From Porphyridium purpureum (lineage: Eukaryota), in assembly GCA_008690995.1 (NCBI GenBank), contig VRMN01000002.1, positions 930,001 through 994,000 of the forward strand: a stretch of 64,000 nt of DNA, in the 5' to 3' direction. Numbering within the stretch: position 1 is the stretch's first letter; each line of letters begins with the position of its first letter. This document shows, piece by piece, positions 54,098-64,000 of this stretch. The translations under genes and the position numbers were made by a program. Under the pieces are notes generated by a model. The model did no database searches. It saw only the letters and a list, made by a program, of their open reading frames with translations, and was not told where the DNA came from.

Positions 54098-55207
54098 ATG
54101 TCGAGGCATCGCTGGATGATGGGCTCCAGGGGCGCACGACTATGGATGCTACTGTGGATCTTGAACATTGTGTACAGCACGAACAAGGTGCGAGCAAGTA
54201 GCTTAAGCGCGCTGCGCGTGCCACCCGCCCAGCTTTCGACGCCTACCTTTGCTTTGAAGGTGCTGGGCGAGCCGAAAGACGACATGCGGTCGTTCCTCTT
54301 GGCGCTCGCTGCACATGAGCAGCGCGAAGCCAACGCGTCCGCGGCGCACAGTGCCATTATCGTCTTCAACTACGTCGAGCCCAAAAGGAAGCGTGCGTTT
54401 CTGACTGCACTGGCGCGGCTACCGGAGCGATCTGTGCATCGGCCGTACGTGCTGATGTTGTTGGGGTTCAATATGGATGAAGAATGCTTTGTCCACGCCT
54501 CATCTATGCGCTTCGAGAAGTTGTGCAAGACTGCGCGCGAACTCTTGTACGATCGCGGCGACTTTTTATTCGCAAACTTTGACCTTGGCGACACCTTTTT
54601 GCTTGATGACAACAATCCACTGCGGGGCGTTACAATTCCGCCGCCTGGATACCGCTCTTTGCCGCCATTTGACCCGGACGCTCCGACTCGGTACTTTTTG
54701 ACCTTCCGCGGGATCCGGAATTTGGGCTACTACAACTCAAGCCGAGTGCGCGAGCATCTAGCGCGCGCTTTTGCGGGTTGGAATGACGACCGCATTCAGA
54801 TCTGGATCGATAAGAGTCGCTTTCGGCTAGGCGCGCGTGGCGCACCGCCGTACGATGAGCTCTTCAACTCTTCTTTCAGTTTAACTGCACATGGGCACGG
54901 CCGCTGGACGTTTCGTTTTTCCGAAATTGTGATGGCGTGTTCAATTCCGGTGTATCTCGCCGACGGTATCACGCTGCCATTTGATCAACTGGTGGACTGG
55001 AGCAAGTGTTCGTTTCTGATCCCGGAGCGTGAGGCAGAGAACGCCACACAACTTCTCGCCCACCTGCCCAACGACGAGCATATTGTCCGTGCCATGCGGC
55101 ATTGTATCTGCGAAATTAACGCACAATACTTTGCCACGCCAGAGAAGCGCGTGGACGGCTTCCTGAAAAGCATTCTTGTGGAGACCAAGCGAACACGTTC
55201 ACGGTAG
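54098..55207 (+). CDS. Exostosin family (GT47) glycosyltransferase
   Basis: N-terminal signal/TM; YFLTFRG, S.FSL...G.G.WTFRFSE.....SIPV..AD...LPF. Confidence 0.85.
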   Translation: MSRHRWMMGSRGARLWMLLWILNIVYSTNKVRASSLSALRVPPAQLSTPTFALKVLGEPKDDMRSFLLALAAHEQREANASAAHSAIIVFNYVEPKRKRAFLTALARLPERSVHRPYVLMLLGFNMDEECFVHASSMRFEKLCKTARELLYDRGDFLFANFDLGDTFLLDDNNPLRGVTIPPPGYRSLPPFDPDAPTRYFLTFRGIRNLGYYNSSRVREHLARAFAGWNDDRIQIWIDKSRFRLGARGAPPYDELFNSSFSLTAHGHGRWTFRFSEIVMACSIPVYLADGITLPFDQLVDWSKCSFLIPEREAENATQLLAHLPNDEHIVRAMRHCICEINAQYFATPEKRVDGFLKSILVETKRTRSR

Positions 55208-55249
55208 CTGCTCATTTGCTTGTTTTATTAATGAATTTGCTTGAGGTTT

Positions 55250-56341
55250 TCAGGCCGAATTTAGGGACCAGTTGTACGGCAAAAACTTGCAGCGTACGTT
55301 TTGACCAGACTCGACGAGTTCGACAAGCTGGGCACGCAGCCGCTTAGCATCCGGGTCGCGTGATTCAGCATCAATGTACGAGATGATTGTGCTGAGAAGG
55401 GCGCGGTCAGACGTATCATTTTCAGGACAAAAGTCCACGCGGTACCACTTGAAAATGCTCGACAGGTACACGAATCCCTGCCTGTCCTGATCCAAACGCA
55501 CATTTTCTTCGTCGGTGACAAACGATTGCGCCGCACCTTCCAACGCATAGTCCAAGTTATCTGCGTTGAAGCAGCGCACGGGCGGGCATGACTTTGCTCC
55601 GCAATTGAGCGCAAAGTGGATTCGAGCGTCTGGTGATTCGGTAATCGACGTCCACAGGCGCGGATCCCCACTCTTGAACGGCTTTCCTGAGAATGGTACA
55701 GGTCCTGGCTTGTTGCCTCGCAGCACCCCATGTTCAATGTCGTTGAGACTGTACTCAATGCCGCCAATGACGTACGCATTTTTTGCGTAGAACAAGAGCC
55801 GCTGCAAGAGGTTGGACGGTGGCGAATCCAGGATGGCGAGGCCATGAATAATCAGCGCATTGTAGACGTTCAGAAAGAATGCGATCCGTTCTGTGCGGTT
55901 CAGCAGCTGCGGTTGCACGTCGCGCAGCTGCTGAGCAACCACTTGATAATCCCGGAACTCGAGGCTGTTCCGGAGCGCCTTGTAGTCGACCGCGCTGCCG
56001 TCTTCACTCAGAAACTGCACGTACATGTCGAGAATTCTGCCGCGCAAACTCGCGGCAATCTTTTGCGTCGCGAGCTTCTGCTGCTCCACATCATGCGGCA
56101 CTTGCGCCTCATCGCCCAGCTCCTTTTTCTTCTGCAGCGCCACGCCGCCGTCCTCCTTATTCAAAATACTGGCGCGCAGCGCAACCGACAAGGCCGCTGC
56201 CCCCCTGACCGTGTTCTTTCCACACGGCCGCGTTGCGACGCCGCATCGAGGTCGTGAGCGATATCCAGCTCCTCGCCACGACGTCGCAACGGCCCAGCTC
56301 GGCAGAAGCAGCGCGAACGCAAATGGCAATCCTTCCATCAT
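55250..56341 (-). CDS. DUF547 domain protein
   Basis: VDY..L, AFFLNVYNALIIHG, YSLNDIEHGVLR, DARIHFALNCGAKSCP, LS.IFKWY..DF. Confidence 0.9.
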   Translation of the reverse strand: MMEGLPFAFALLLPSWAVATSWRGAGYRSRPRCGVATRPCGKNTVRGAAALSVALRASILNKEDGGVALQKKKELGDEAQVPHDVEQQKLATQKIAASLRGRILDMYVQFLSEDGSAVDYKALRNSLEFRDYQVVAQQLRDVQPQLLNRTERIAFFLNVYNALIIHGLAILDSPPSNLLQRLLFYAKNAYVIGGIEYSLNDIEHGVLRGNKPGPVPFSGKPFKSGDPRLWTSITESPDARIHFALNCGAKSCPPVRCFNADNLDYALEGAAQSFVTDEENVRLDQDRQGFVYLSSIFKWYRVDFCPENDTSDRALLSTIISYIDAESRDPDAKRLRAQLVELVESGQNVRCKFLPYNWSLNSA

Positions 56342-56781
56342 CCTTCTGCTCGCCCCTTCCCCCTTTCCACAATCCGCCTCTCCGCCACCAATCCCTACTT
56401 TATTCCTACCTCTTCGCCATCCAAAGGACGCGCTCGTTGGAAGCTGCCGCTCAGTTGAGATTAGTGAACCTGCGGTACAGTGACATCTCTAGCAAAGTTC
56501 GCTTCTGTGTTAGACTCGCGAACGCGTCCCTCGCGAGCTGAAGGTTCTTGCTTTCCGTTCTTCTGTCCCACTATGAGCGGGATGGGATGAGGTGACGTTA
56601 TTTCACAATGCCCTGATCTGGCGGGCCTCGTGATAAACACAGACGGTGAGCCGATAACATGGAGGCGCGTGGATCTGAAGAACGTGCAGTCGATGCCAGC
56701 CCATGACAACCGCATCACACCAAGCGGAACGTTCCACCGCGGCTTGTGATGCTCTTCTCTGTGCTGAAATGTCGCGCTCTG

Positions 56782-56817
56782 TGCCGCTGCCGCTGCCGCT
56801 GCCGCTGCAGCTGCTGC
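56782..56817 (+). repeat. (TGCCGC)n microsatellite
   Basis: tgccgctgccgctgccgctgccgctgcagctgctgc. Confidence 0.7.
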
Positions 56818-57208
56818 ATGCATGTAGACACCCGAGCGCTTGTACTATACCTTTCAGGCCGTCATTATCATGCAGCCACCACGGCCAGCAAAGTCCGTCG
56901 ACGCACGATTCTAAACGGGTCAAATCAACCCTTTCATGACTTCACCGCATACGCCAACCGGTTCCACGTATCGCGCCGAATCGACAGAAGAAGTGAGAAT
57001 CGGTTTATTGGTTTATCGGCTCATGAGTGGATGTGAACCAATAGAGGTGGAAGTACAGCTGGAGGTCACACTCAACCGCTTGGGCGTCAGCCGCGACTTG
57101 GTGAGTCGGGGAAGTTTTGATGTGGGGGAAAGGCAGGAAGAAGAGATCGAAGACGGAAGAGAAGGTTTGAAGGTGAAGAGGAGGAGAGGGGCGGTGAGGT
57201 ATCCCTGA

Positions 57209-58846
57209 ATGGGGAGGATGGGGAGAGCGTTTGTGGCTGTGGTGTTTGGTGTATTTGTCTCGATATGTGTGTTTGAGATTTGCGGGCAGGTGGACGCCGC
57301 GTCCAGGTCGAAGAGCTCCTCCGCCTCGTCGGCTTCGTCGTCGAAGAAGAAAACAGTCAATAAGGAGGAGGGAGAAAGTGCGGTCAAGATGGAGCTGCGC
57401 TCGCCCTTTGCGGTGTCTGGACTGCGAGGGCGATTGCTGAAGGACTGGTTCATGCAGGGTAGCGCTACTATCACAAGTGATGAGACCGGTCGCGATATCT
57501 TGGAACTGGCCCTGCCGCAGAAGGCGCAGACGGGGATGATCTACTCGGATCCGGTTGACTCGGTTGCTGGCTTTACCGTGAGGTTTGATTTCCGGCTCGT
57601 GCCGGCGTCCAAGTCCAAGCATCCCGCAGACGGGATGGCGTTCTGGGTGGTCACCGAAGAGCCGAAACTTGGTGGCGCCATTGGCATCTCAGAGGATTTC
57701 GTAGGACTCGGCGTAATCATTGACTCCTTTGCAAACTCGAAGCGCTTCAAAAGTCCGGCGTACGCGTATCCGGTCAGGGGAGATGGCTCTTTCCATTATT
57801 CAGACATGCGGGACGGCGCAGATACCGAACTCACGTCAGGATGCGAGCTTGAGCCTGCCGATTGGGAGAAAATAACCATCTCGTATGCTGAAGGCACGCT
57901 TCGAATGACGGTGGGTAGCAGGAAAAGTGGAACCAAGTACACGTGCTTCGAAGTCGACGTGGCCATGCCTGGTGCCTCCGGCGCGCTCATGAGCAATCGT
58001 CCGATATACTTTGCATTTTCAGCCCAGACCGGATACTACTTTGCACACCACCAGGTGCGCGACATCTCAATCCGTGCGTTCAGAGATTCCGACGAAGCCG
58101 CCTCGAATGCCAAGTCGGCCATGTCGGGCGCCACGAAACCGAAATCGTTGGATACGCACAACATATACAATCCAGATACACCAATCATGAACGAGAAGGA
58201 GATGCAAAAGCAGGATCCCGAGCCTTCGTCAAAGAGGTCAAAAAAAGAGCGAAAATCACGAAAGGAGCTGGAAGATGAAATTGATCAGCCCATGGACACG
58301 CTGGTACGAACCATGAAAATGCAGCTCAGGCTGATGAAAGACGAGGTTCCCAAGAGCACGTATGAGGGACTCAACATCGTGTCGGGTTCGTTGTACAGGA
58401 TTTTCGACGCCACAAACAAAAGAGCAAAGATTATTGCGCGAATTGCCGAACGATCCGAGTTGGCTCAAGCGGCCTTGAAGGAAGCAAAAGAACTTGATTC
58501 GCTCTTGGACCAGGATTGCGAGGCGTTGGGGAGCGCAGTCAGGCTCATGACCCAGCGAGTTGGGAGCATCACGCAAACTGCAAATTTCGTAGGCCACTAC
58601 GCAAAGAGAGCCGTTGAAAAACCACAGGAAAAGCTGAATGAAAATTTCATGCGTGGGCGTCACCATTTAGAAATCGGTGGCAAGAGCTTGCTTGTGATCG
58701 TGTTTGTTATAGTGACACAGGCGCTCGTGGTCGTCTTGCTGATCCACGCGAAGATTTTTGACGGTCTAGATATCAGCTCGGTGTTCAAGGCGCTGCAACC
58801 CAAAGCGGCAAGAAGGAAAGGACGCGGCGGAGCCATGTTCTCCTGA
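57209..58846 (+). CDS. L-type lectin cargo receptor (ERGIC-53/VIP36-like)
   Basis: Signal peptide, ADGMAFW, GLGVIIDSFAN, FSAQTG, C-terminal TM. Confidence 0.85.
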   Translation: MGRMGRAFVAVVFGVFVSICVFEICGQVDAASRSKSSSASSASSSKKKTVNKEEGESAVKMELRSPFAVSGLRGRLLKDWFMQGSATITSDETGRDILELALPQKAQTGMIYSDPVDSVAGFTVRFDFRLVPASKSKHPADGMAFWVVTEEPKLGGAIGISEDFVGLGVIIDSFANSKRFKSPAYAYPVRGDGSFHYSDMRDGADTELTSGCELEPADWEKITISYAEGTLRMTVGSRKSGTKYTCFEVDVAMPGASGALMSNRPIYFAFSAQTGYYFAHHQVRDISIRAFRDSDEAASNAKSAMSGATKPKSLDTHNIYNPDTPIMNEKEMQKQDPEPSSKRSKKERKSRKELEDEIDQPMDTLVRTMKMQLRLMKDEVPKSTYEGLNIVSGSLYRIFDATNKRAKIIARIAERSELAQAALKEAKELDSLLDQDCEALGSAVRLMTQRVGSITQTANFVGHYAKRAVEKPQEKLNENFMRGRHHLEIGGKSLLVIVFVIVTQALVVVLLIHAKIFDGLDISSVFKALQPKAARRKGRGGAMFS

Positions 58847-58971
58847 CACACTTGTTCTTGTTGAAGCAGTCGCGGCAATGGAGAAGCGAGTATGTAAAAA
58901 CGGCGGTTTGTGTCCTCGCGGAATGCAGTACATTTTTCTCATTCGGTAGCTATATCGTGCCGTTCTCGAGC

Positions 58972-59676
58972 TCAAGAGGATAAGTCTTTTAGTTGTGGTT
59001 TCCCCGTACCCGTGTCTGACGGATTCTGGCGCGTAGGATAGTAGTCTCGCAGAATGCGCGCGCGCTCGCGCAACTTCCATTTCGCAAACTCCTCTTCTAC
59101 CTCCTCAGGCCGGTCAGCATCGTCTACCTGACCGCAGTCATTGTCATCTTGCTCAGACGCGGCGGCTTTTGCAGCGCGCTCGATCATTTCTCTTGCGAGC
59201 TCGGCTCGCATTTCTTTTGCCCGGTGCGCTTCGTCTTCCTCTCGCCGTCTTCTTTCGTCTTCCTCTCGGCGCTCATGCTCGCTCACGCGCATCCCAGCAG
59301 CGACGTACTCTGGGGCTCCGATGCTCTTGACACGGCTTTGATACGCCGCCTCCTGCTCAGCGTCGTCGGCGGAATCCGATTCCGCTGACTCTGAATGCGA
59401 CGTCGCTTCCGAGGAAGTCCGGCTGCCAGTCCCATCGCTACTGCTAGCGGCCACCTCATCGCCGCCGTGTTCGGCACCAGCTCCAAGTGCATCTGCAGCA
59501 CGCACCGCAAATGCGAGAGGCTGTGGAGGTCCGGCTGCTGACGCTTGCTGCGCGGTTTGCGGTGCCGCGTGCGGCGTCGAGTTTGCAGTGGAGCCGGACG
59601 ACGACGAGTCACTTGCACTGTCGGCGGGGCGACCCGGCCAGAACGTGCGCACGGGTCGCCGTGACCGCGGAAGCAT
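58972..59676 (-). CDS. MFAP1: MFAP1-like spliceosomal protein (short form)
   Basis: N-terminal FWPGRP and VDDAD.PEE..EEFAKWKLRERARILRD motif. Confidence 0.7.
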   Translation of the reverse strand: MLPRSRRPVRTFWPGRPADSASDSSSSGSTANSTPHAAPQTAQQASAAGPPQPLAFAVRAADALGAGAEHGGDEVAASSSDGTGSRTSSEATSHSESAESDSADDAEQEAAYQSRVKSIGAPEYVAAGMRVSEHERREEDERRRREEDEAHRAKEMRAELAREMIERAAKAAASEQDDNDCGQVDDADRPEEVEEEFAKWKLRERARILRDYYPTRQNPSDTGTGKPQLKDLSS

Positions 59677-59832
59677 GGTGTTTCGCTCAAATTCAGGGGT
59701 ATAGCGATGGTGAAGCTCGCACCCGCAACTATCCGCACAAGTCCGAGAAATTGTCGGTATTTACTTATTTTGGATGGTCTGATACAGACAGAACAAACGC
59801 CGTGGATCCCGCCGCCTCACTCTGAATCCTTT

Positions 59833-60285
59833 CTAATCGACGTCCACGGCCATGGCGGTGCCGCCCTGCACCTCAGCCTCAGTGAACTTGCCCTTGCCTT
59901 TCTCAATCGCAGCTGATCGGTTCTTCCTTTCCAGAATCGCCTTGCGGTCCTTATCGAGCTTGATCTTGGTGATGACAACGTTGGACGGGTGCACGCCGAT
60001 GGGCATGGTCTGTCCGTTCTTCTTCTCGCGCAGCACACGGTCAATGTATATCACGAACTTCTTCCTGTAGCACGTTGTGACCTTGCCGTCCCGTCCCTTC
60101 AGCGCGCCGCGTTGAATCATGACTTCGTCGTCCTTGCGGATTGGCAACGAACGCACGTTGTACTTGGTTCGCAGCTCGCGCGACAACGGCGCGGACATGA
60201 TGACGCGTCGCACATGTGAAGGCGCGGAGAAGTGCGCCGCGCGGCTCTTCCGGCGCGACGAAGATACAGACGCCGAATACTTCAT
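59833..60285 (-). CDS. RPL26: 60S ribosomal protein L26 (uL24)
   Basis: [29 protein letters not shown]...PIRKDDEV...HPSNVVITK. Confidence 0.97.
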   Translation of the reverse strand: MKYSASVSSSRRKSRAAHFSAPSHVRRVIMSAPLSRELRTKYNVRSLPIRKDDEVMIQRGALKGRDGKVTTCYRKKFVIYIDRVLREKKNGQTMPIGVHPSNVVITKIKLDKDRKAILERKNRSAAIEKGKGKFTEAEVQGGTAMAVDVD

Positions 60286-60488
60286 CTTATCGCCTCTCTT
60301 CCTCCCTTCTCCTCCTGTTCTTCAACTCGTTCCCTCTGCCCGAAAATCCGTAAACTTTGTCCCTCCCCACGGCCGTCAACTTGTTCACTCACCCCCACTG
60401 AACCCACCTCGACTGAAACCCGCATACTCATATCAAAACACACCCAAAACATCACAACTTTTACAGGACCGCCGTCGATATGCATCGG

Positions 60489-60547
60489 CTGGAAACCCTC
60501 ATTCTAACCGTGCGCACACTCGACGCGGTTAGAGTCAGGGTTTCCAG
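60489..60547. promoter_or_regulatory. Imperfect inverted repeat with telo-box-like AAACCCT in both arms
   Basis: ctggaaaccctcattctaaccg (60489-60510) vs cggttagagtcagggtttccag (60526-60547): 20/22 complementary, 15-nt spacer. Confidence 0.6.
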
Positions 60548-60674
60548 ATGACGGTTCATCGGTTTCGACATGCGATCTGGAGCTGCATGCGGAGAGGAGC
60601 TGCGAAGAGTTGGTACAAAGTCGGTGTGGGTCTGTGGGATCAGAGTTGGCTTGGCCCGCCCGCTCGAGTTCAGC

Positions 60675-61442
60675 ATGACCACGGCATTCGTGCACGGAGG
60701 TGTGAGCCGCTTGGACCATGTCGTGGGCGCAAGTCTGCACGGAAATAGGTGTGAGCTTCGGTTTGGAAGACGTGACTGGCCGCTGCAGACGCGTTGCTTG
60801 GGTGGGCAAAGAGTGCGCGTGGTGTCGCTCTCCTCTCGTCGCTGGTGTATGTCTAGTGACTCGGTGAGCTCGGGTAGTGCCGAGGGAGAAGTCGTAAAGA
60901 AGGGCGATATTGTTCTGATCGCTATGCCATTTAACGAGTTCCGTGTCGCGCAGATTACGAGCGTCGATTCGTCAGGGAATACCGCAGATGTCGCTTTCTA
61001 CAGGAAGACTACCGACGAAGCATACGAACCCGACTCGGCGCAGCAGGAGACCTGGGAGCGCGTGAAGAAAATGACAAAGATGGCCGTGCGCGAGGTCGAC
61101 ATGGCAAAGAATCAGTTGCTCATTTCCGACAGCGTGATAGACCACGCGCGGTCAGTCCTCACAACGCGTGGTGGGGCTACCAGCGGGAAACAGAACGAGC
61201 CTGTTCTTGATGCACAAGATTCAGGAGCAGGAAACGCGCCAACGCGCAAGCAGGCGCTGCTTGGCGCTGCGATTGGCGGGGCCATGTCGATTGCCCTCTA
61301 TGGCTGGTATGCGAGACTAAATGCGACGCAGGATTTGGTCCCATCACAGGGCTTGCAGAGCATCGTCCTGGGAGCGTCTGTCTTATCCATGTTCACTAGT
61401 AGTGCGCTCGTTCTGTGGGCCGTTCTGCGCGCCGCCGAGTAG
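60675..61442 (+). CDS. Hypothetical membrane protein, probably plastid-targeted
   Basis: MTTAFV start resembling red-algal transit peptides; two C-terminal hydrophobic helices. Confidence 0.65.
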   Translation: MTTAFVHGGVSRLDHVVGASLHGNRCELRFGRRDWPLQTRCLGGQRVRVVSLSSRRWCMSSDSVSSGSAEGEVVKKGDIVLIAMPFNEFRVAQITSVDSSGNTADVAFYRKTTDEAYEPDSAQQETWERVKKMTKMAVREVDMAKNQLLISDSVIDHARSVLTTRGGATSGKQNEPVLDAQDSGAGNAPTRKQALLGAAIGGAMSIALYGWYARLNATQDLVPSQGLQSIVLGASVLSMFTSSALVLWAVLRAAE

Positions 61443-61541
61443 TAAATAAAGTAGCACACGAAACGTTAAAAGTCAGAACATCCAGACGTCAGACTCTGGA
61501 GGGCTGTGCATTTAGGTGCTGTGTTGCCAATACCGCATGGC

Positions 61542-61934
61542 TCATGATAGAATTGACTTTGTGGCGTTGCCCTCGAGACTCGAAAGCTGTGTCCGCAAGT
61601 TGCCGGTTGTGTTAGCGAGCATTCTACTCCGTGGGCGTCTGCGCACGCCCAGTGGAGCGACAGGGCGACCTGCAGAGTCGCCAAAGAGGGTCCATAACCA
61701 CGTGAGATATACCGCTGCGACGACGTACCGAAACGGGGCGCTGCTCGACACACGCTCGATGAACAGCTGCATTGATTTGCGGCTTCCCAGCCCCGCTGCG
61801 GCGAGCCGCTCCGCCATCGTGAGCTCAGCAAACATGGCTTGGTACAGCAACAGCGCTGTTATTGTCCCGAAGAGTAGCCTCAACACCACTTGGCGCACCA
61901 CGATCCGCCTCTCCGGGTCATACTCAAGCGCCAT
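61542..61934 (-). CDS. Small hypothetical membrane protein
   Basis: MALEYDPERR...LLFGTITALLLYQAMF...YVVAAVYLTWLWTLF; fills the gap between two genes. Confidence 0.45.
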   Translation of the reverse strand: MALEYDPERRIVVRQVVLRLLFGTITALLLYQAMFAELTMAERLAAAGLGSRKSMQLFIERVSSSAPFRYVVAAVYLTWLWTLFGDSAGRPVAPLGVRRRPRSRMLANTTGNLRTQLSSLEGNATKSILS

Positions 61935-62040
61935 CCTCTCGTCAGTCACGTCGATACTTGCTGTTGGAAGGTGGCAGAAAGAGGGCACAGACTTGGTCAA
62001 GTGGGTGCGTCTGGCTCGTTGACCAGTGGTGGCAACACAC

Positions 62041-62997
62041 ATGGCTTCAATGCGTATCAGTGCACTGCGCAGATGCATGCGCGCGCCTTCGTCGGCGCAT
62101 ATCACGGTGGGTGCGTCGGGGGCATGGAGGCAGGAAGTCCTTCGGCGTAGCGGGTCCCTGTGGTCACCGAGCAGGTGGACATCCTCCACAGCCAATATGG
62201 GCGGTGGCGTTGAGGCAAAAGGACAGTCAAAGACGGCACCACAAGACGTCCGCGAGAGCCATGCGCCGAATCAGGATGTGGGGCGCACATCATCGCAGCC
62301 GCATGCAGAGACGCTGTGGCAAAGGGTGTTCAAGGACACCGAGAAAGTGGACGGCCGGCAAAATTGGATTTTGAAGATGCTCGGTTGGTATGCACCGGAA
62401 GGGCGGGTGCGAGGAGCGTCGCGAGAAATCTTCCAGGATGCGATTACGGTATCAGAGAGCGACGGGTTTCTCAACATGCTCGGCATACGTGAAGCCGTTA
62501 AACCATCTTTCAATGTTCGCTTTGAATTCTTGGGTCTGCACTTGTGGATGGCATTTATCCCGCTGCGCAAGCTGGACAACATGGGCATGCTCGTTCAGCA
62601 GACTCTTTCAGATTTGTTCATGACGGAGCTTCAGAAGCGAATGTCCTATGAGGAGGGCATCGGCGCGCTCAGCCTGAGCAAGTGGGGCCGGGAGTGTGAG
62701 CAGATTTTTTTCGCGACAATGATCGCTTTGGACAAGGTTGTCTACGACTCGAGTGGGCGATGTGACCTGAGCCGCGAGGCTGTGTGTTCCGCCACCGAGG
62801 AAGTGCTTTTGAAAAACCTGGCCAGTCTGGAGAACGATCCTCACCGTGCCCGTCTGCTTGTGCAGTATCTCGCGAAAACGATCCATGGAATGCGTGGTCT
62901 GACACTCCAGGATTTGTACCAGGATGCCCACATTTTCAGCGTCGATTCCTTGCGGCGAGCAGAGATTCGTCGCGTCGCATTCCCGCGGCCAGAGTGA
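62041..62997 (+). CDS. CBP3: Ubiquinol-cytochrome c chaperone CBP3/UQCC1
   Basis: Mitochondrial-like N-terminus; F..RF....LHLWM....LR...Q.L.D.F..EL..RM motif. Confidence 0.75.
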   Translation: MASMRISALRRCMRAPSSAHITVGASGAWRQEVLRRSGSLWSPSRWTSSTANMGGGVEAKGQSKTAPQDVRESHAPNQDVGRTSSQPHAETLWQRVFKDTEKVDGRQNWILKMLGWYAPEGRVRGASREIFQDAITVSESDGFLNMLGIREAVKPSFNVRFEFLGLHLWMAFIPLRKLDNMGMLVQQTLSDLFMTELQKRMSYEEGIGALSLSKWGRECEQIFFATMIALDKVVYDSSGRCDLSREAVCSATEEVLLKNLASLENDPHRARLLVQYLAKTIHGMRGLTLQDLYQDAHIFSVDSLRRAEIRRVAFPRPE

Positions 62998-63039
62998 ACC
63001 AGTCTATGTTGTGCCGATTTAACCAGTCAGATAATAAAT

Positions 63040-63468
63040 ATGGATTCAGACAGCACGCCGCCGTGCGCGCCTTCGTGGGGAGAGTATAGCCTGCAGCACG
63101 TTCGCGAGAGCGCCGAGGCCTTTAGCGCCGAGCGCGAGTGGGAACAATTCCACACCCCGCGCAACTTGCTGCTTGCGCTTGTAGGAGAAGTGGGCGAACT
63201 CGCAGAACTGTTTCAATGGAAGGGAGACGCTGGCTGCGGCCCCGGATTGCCGGGCTGGAGCGACGCTGAGCGCGAGCATCTGGGTGAGGAAATGAGTGAC
63301 GTCCTCATTTACCTCATCCGGCTCGCGGACCGGTGCGGTGTGTCACTGGCAGAGGCTGTGAGGCTCAAGTTTGAGAAAAACGCTCTAAAGTATCCTGCGG
63401 AGCATGCGCGTGGCTCGGCTGCCAAGTACACGCAGCTCGCGGTGTCGGAACCGAAGACCAACTCGTGA
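63040..63468 (+). CDS. DCTPP1: dCTP pyrophosphatase 1 (MazG-like)
   Basis: EREWEQFHTPRNLLLALVGEVGELAELFQW...EEMSDVLIYL. Confidence 0.93.
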   Translation: MDSDSTPPCAPSWGEYSLQHVRESAEAFSAEREWEQFHTPRNLLLALVGEVGELAELFQWKGDAGCGPGLPGWSDAEREHLGEEMSDVLIYLIRLADRCGVSLAEAVRLKFEKNALKYPAEHARGSAAKYTQLAVSEPKTNS

Positions 63469-63641
63469 TCCCTTCGAATGGGGCAAAAGACGGTTCGCTG
63501 CCTTGATCAGATCAGGAACGCCGCGCGGAGTTCGAGGTCCAGCACACCGTCTGATAAAAGTGGAGCACATGGGCGGGTTACCAGCCAGGCTATTTTGCCG
63601 CATCATTGAATAAAACACAACTGCCGTTTATCAGGCCTACG

Positions 63642-64000
63642 TCAGGGAATAAGGTTGTCGGCCTTTTCATCCTCTACTTCAAACGCCTTAAACTCAACAT
63701 CTGCATCCATTCCCGCCTCATGTCCTTGCCCGTTTGCACTGGCATCTCGGTTCTCTGGGACATCCAACTGCACCACAGCAGCTTCGGCCTCAGCATCAGT
63801 CTCGATCTCACCAGATAGAGTCAAGCTCTGTATCGCGCTCAATTTCGTGTCAAGCATGCTTTGTCCAAGCTCCTCCGACGTGATCAGACTTAGTATGTTC
63901 ATCGTGTACACAACGTGGTAGTAGTTGCTGCGTGCACGGTAGCTATTGAAAACACCAGCGTAAAGGAGCAGCGCACCACCCCAAAAGAAAGCAACGATAT
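63642..64000 (-). CDS. 3' end of a membrane protein gene (partial, continues beyond window)
   Basis: Open frame from window edge: IVAFFWGGALLLYAGVFNSY...acidic tail, stop at 63642. Confidence 0.55.
   Translation of the reverse strand, partial: IVAFFWGGALLLYAGVFNSYRARSNYYHVVYTMNILSLITSEELGQSMLDTKLSAIQSLTLSGEIETDAEAEAAVVQLDVPENRDASANGQGHEAGMDADVEFKAFEVEDEKADNLIP

Noticed and set aside
56570..56750. Protein-like fragment QCPDLAGLVINTDGEPITWRRVDLKNVQ
   Set aside because: Short, preceded by a stop, no family recognised.
1..64000. tRNA, rRNA and CRISPR arrays
   Set aside because: No cloverleaf, rRNA-like sequence or repeat-spacer pattern seen by eye; covariance-model searches were not run.

Overview
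Gene-dense, essentially intron-less, GC-rich eukaryotic nuclear DNA. The compact layout, plastid/mitochondrial-type presequences and gene content suggest a unicellular red alga (Porphyridium-like); this is inference only. About 36 protein-coding genes are supportable: mostly housekeeping (NRAMP, SNF1/CIPK-like kinase, MTFP1, UPF3, SERRATE, HPRT, XRN-like, BRCT protein, UBP6/USP14, NOL9/Grc3, APEH, cyclin P/U, GT47, L-type lectin, MFAP1, RPL26, CBP3, dCTPase) plus a three-gene ankyrin cluster. Main observations: (1) two diverged ~700-bp remnants of a TnpB/Fanzor2-type RNA-guided nuclease (~28250-28950 and ~41120-41820) that share the same frameshift and sit just upstream of housekeeping genes; (2) a tandem array of three Alba-fold genes with mitochondrial-like presequences plus a fourth pseudogenised copy that the ORF track shows only as disconnected fragments; (3) an XRN-like gene with intact catalytic motifs interrupted by one in-frame TAG; (4) a recurrent intergenic GTACAGT / GTAGTGTACAGT motif and a telo-box-like inverted repeat in the RPL26 bidirectional promoter. 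All family calls are by motif recognition; no searches were run.
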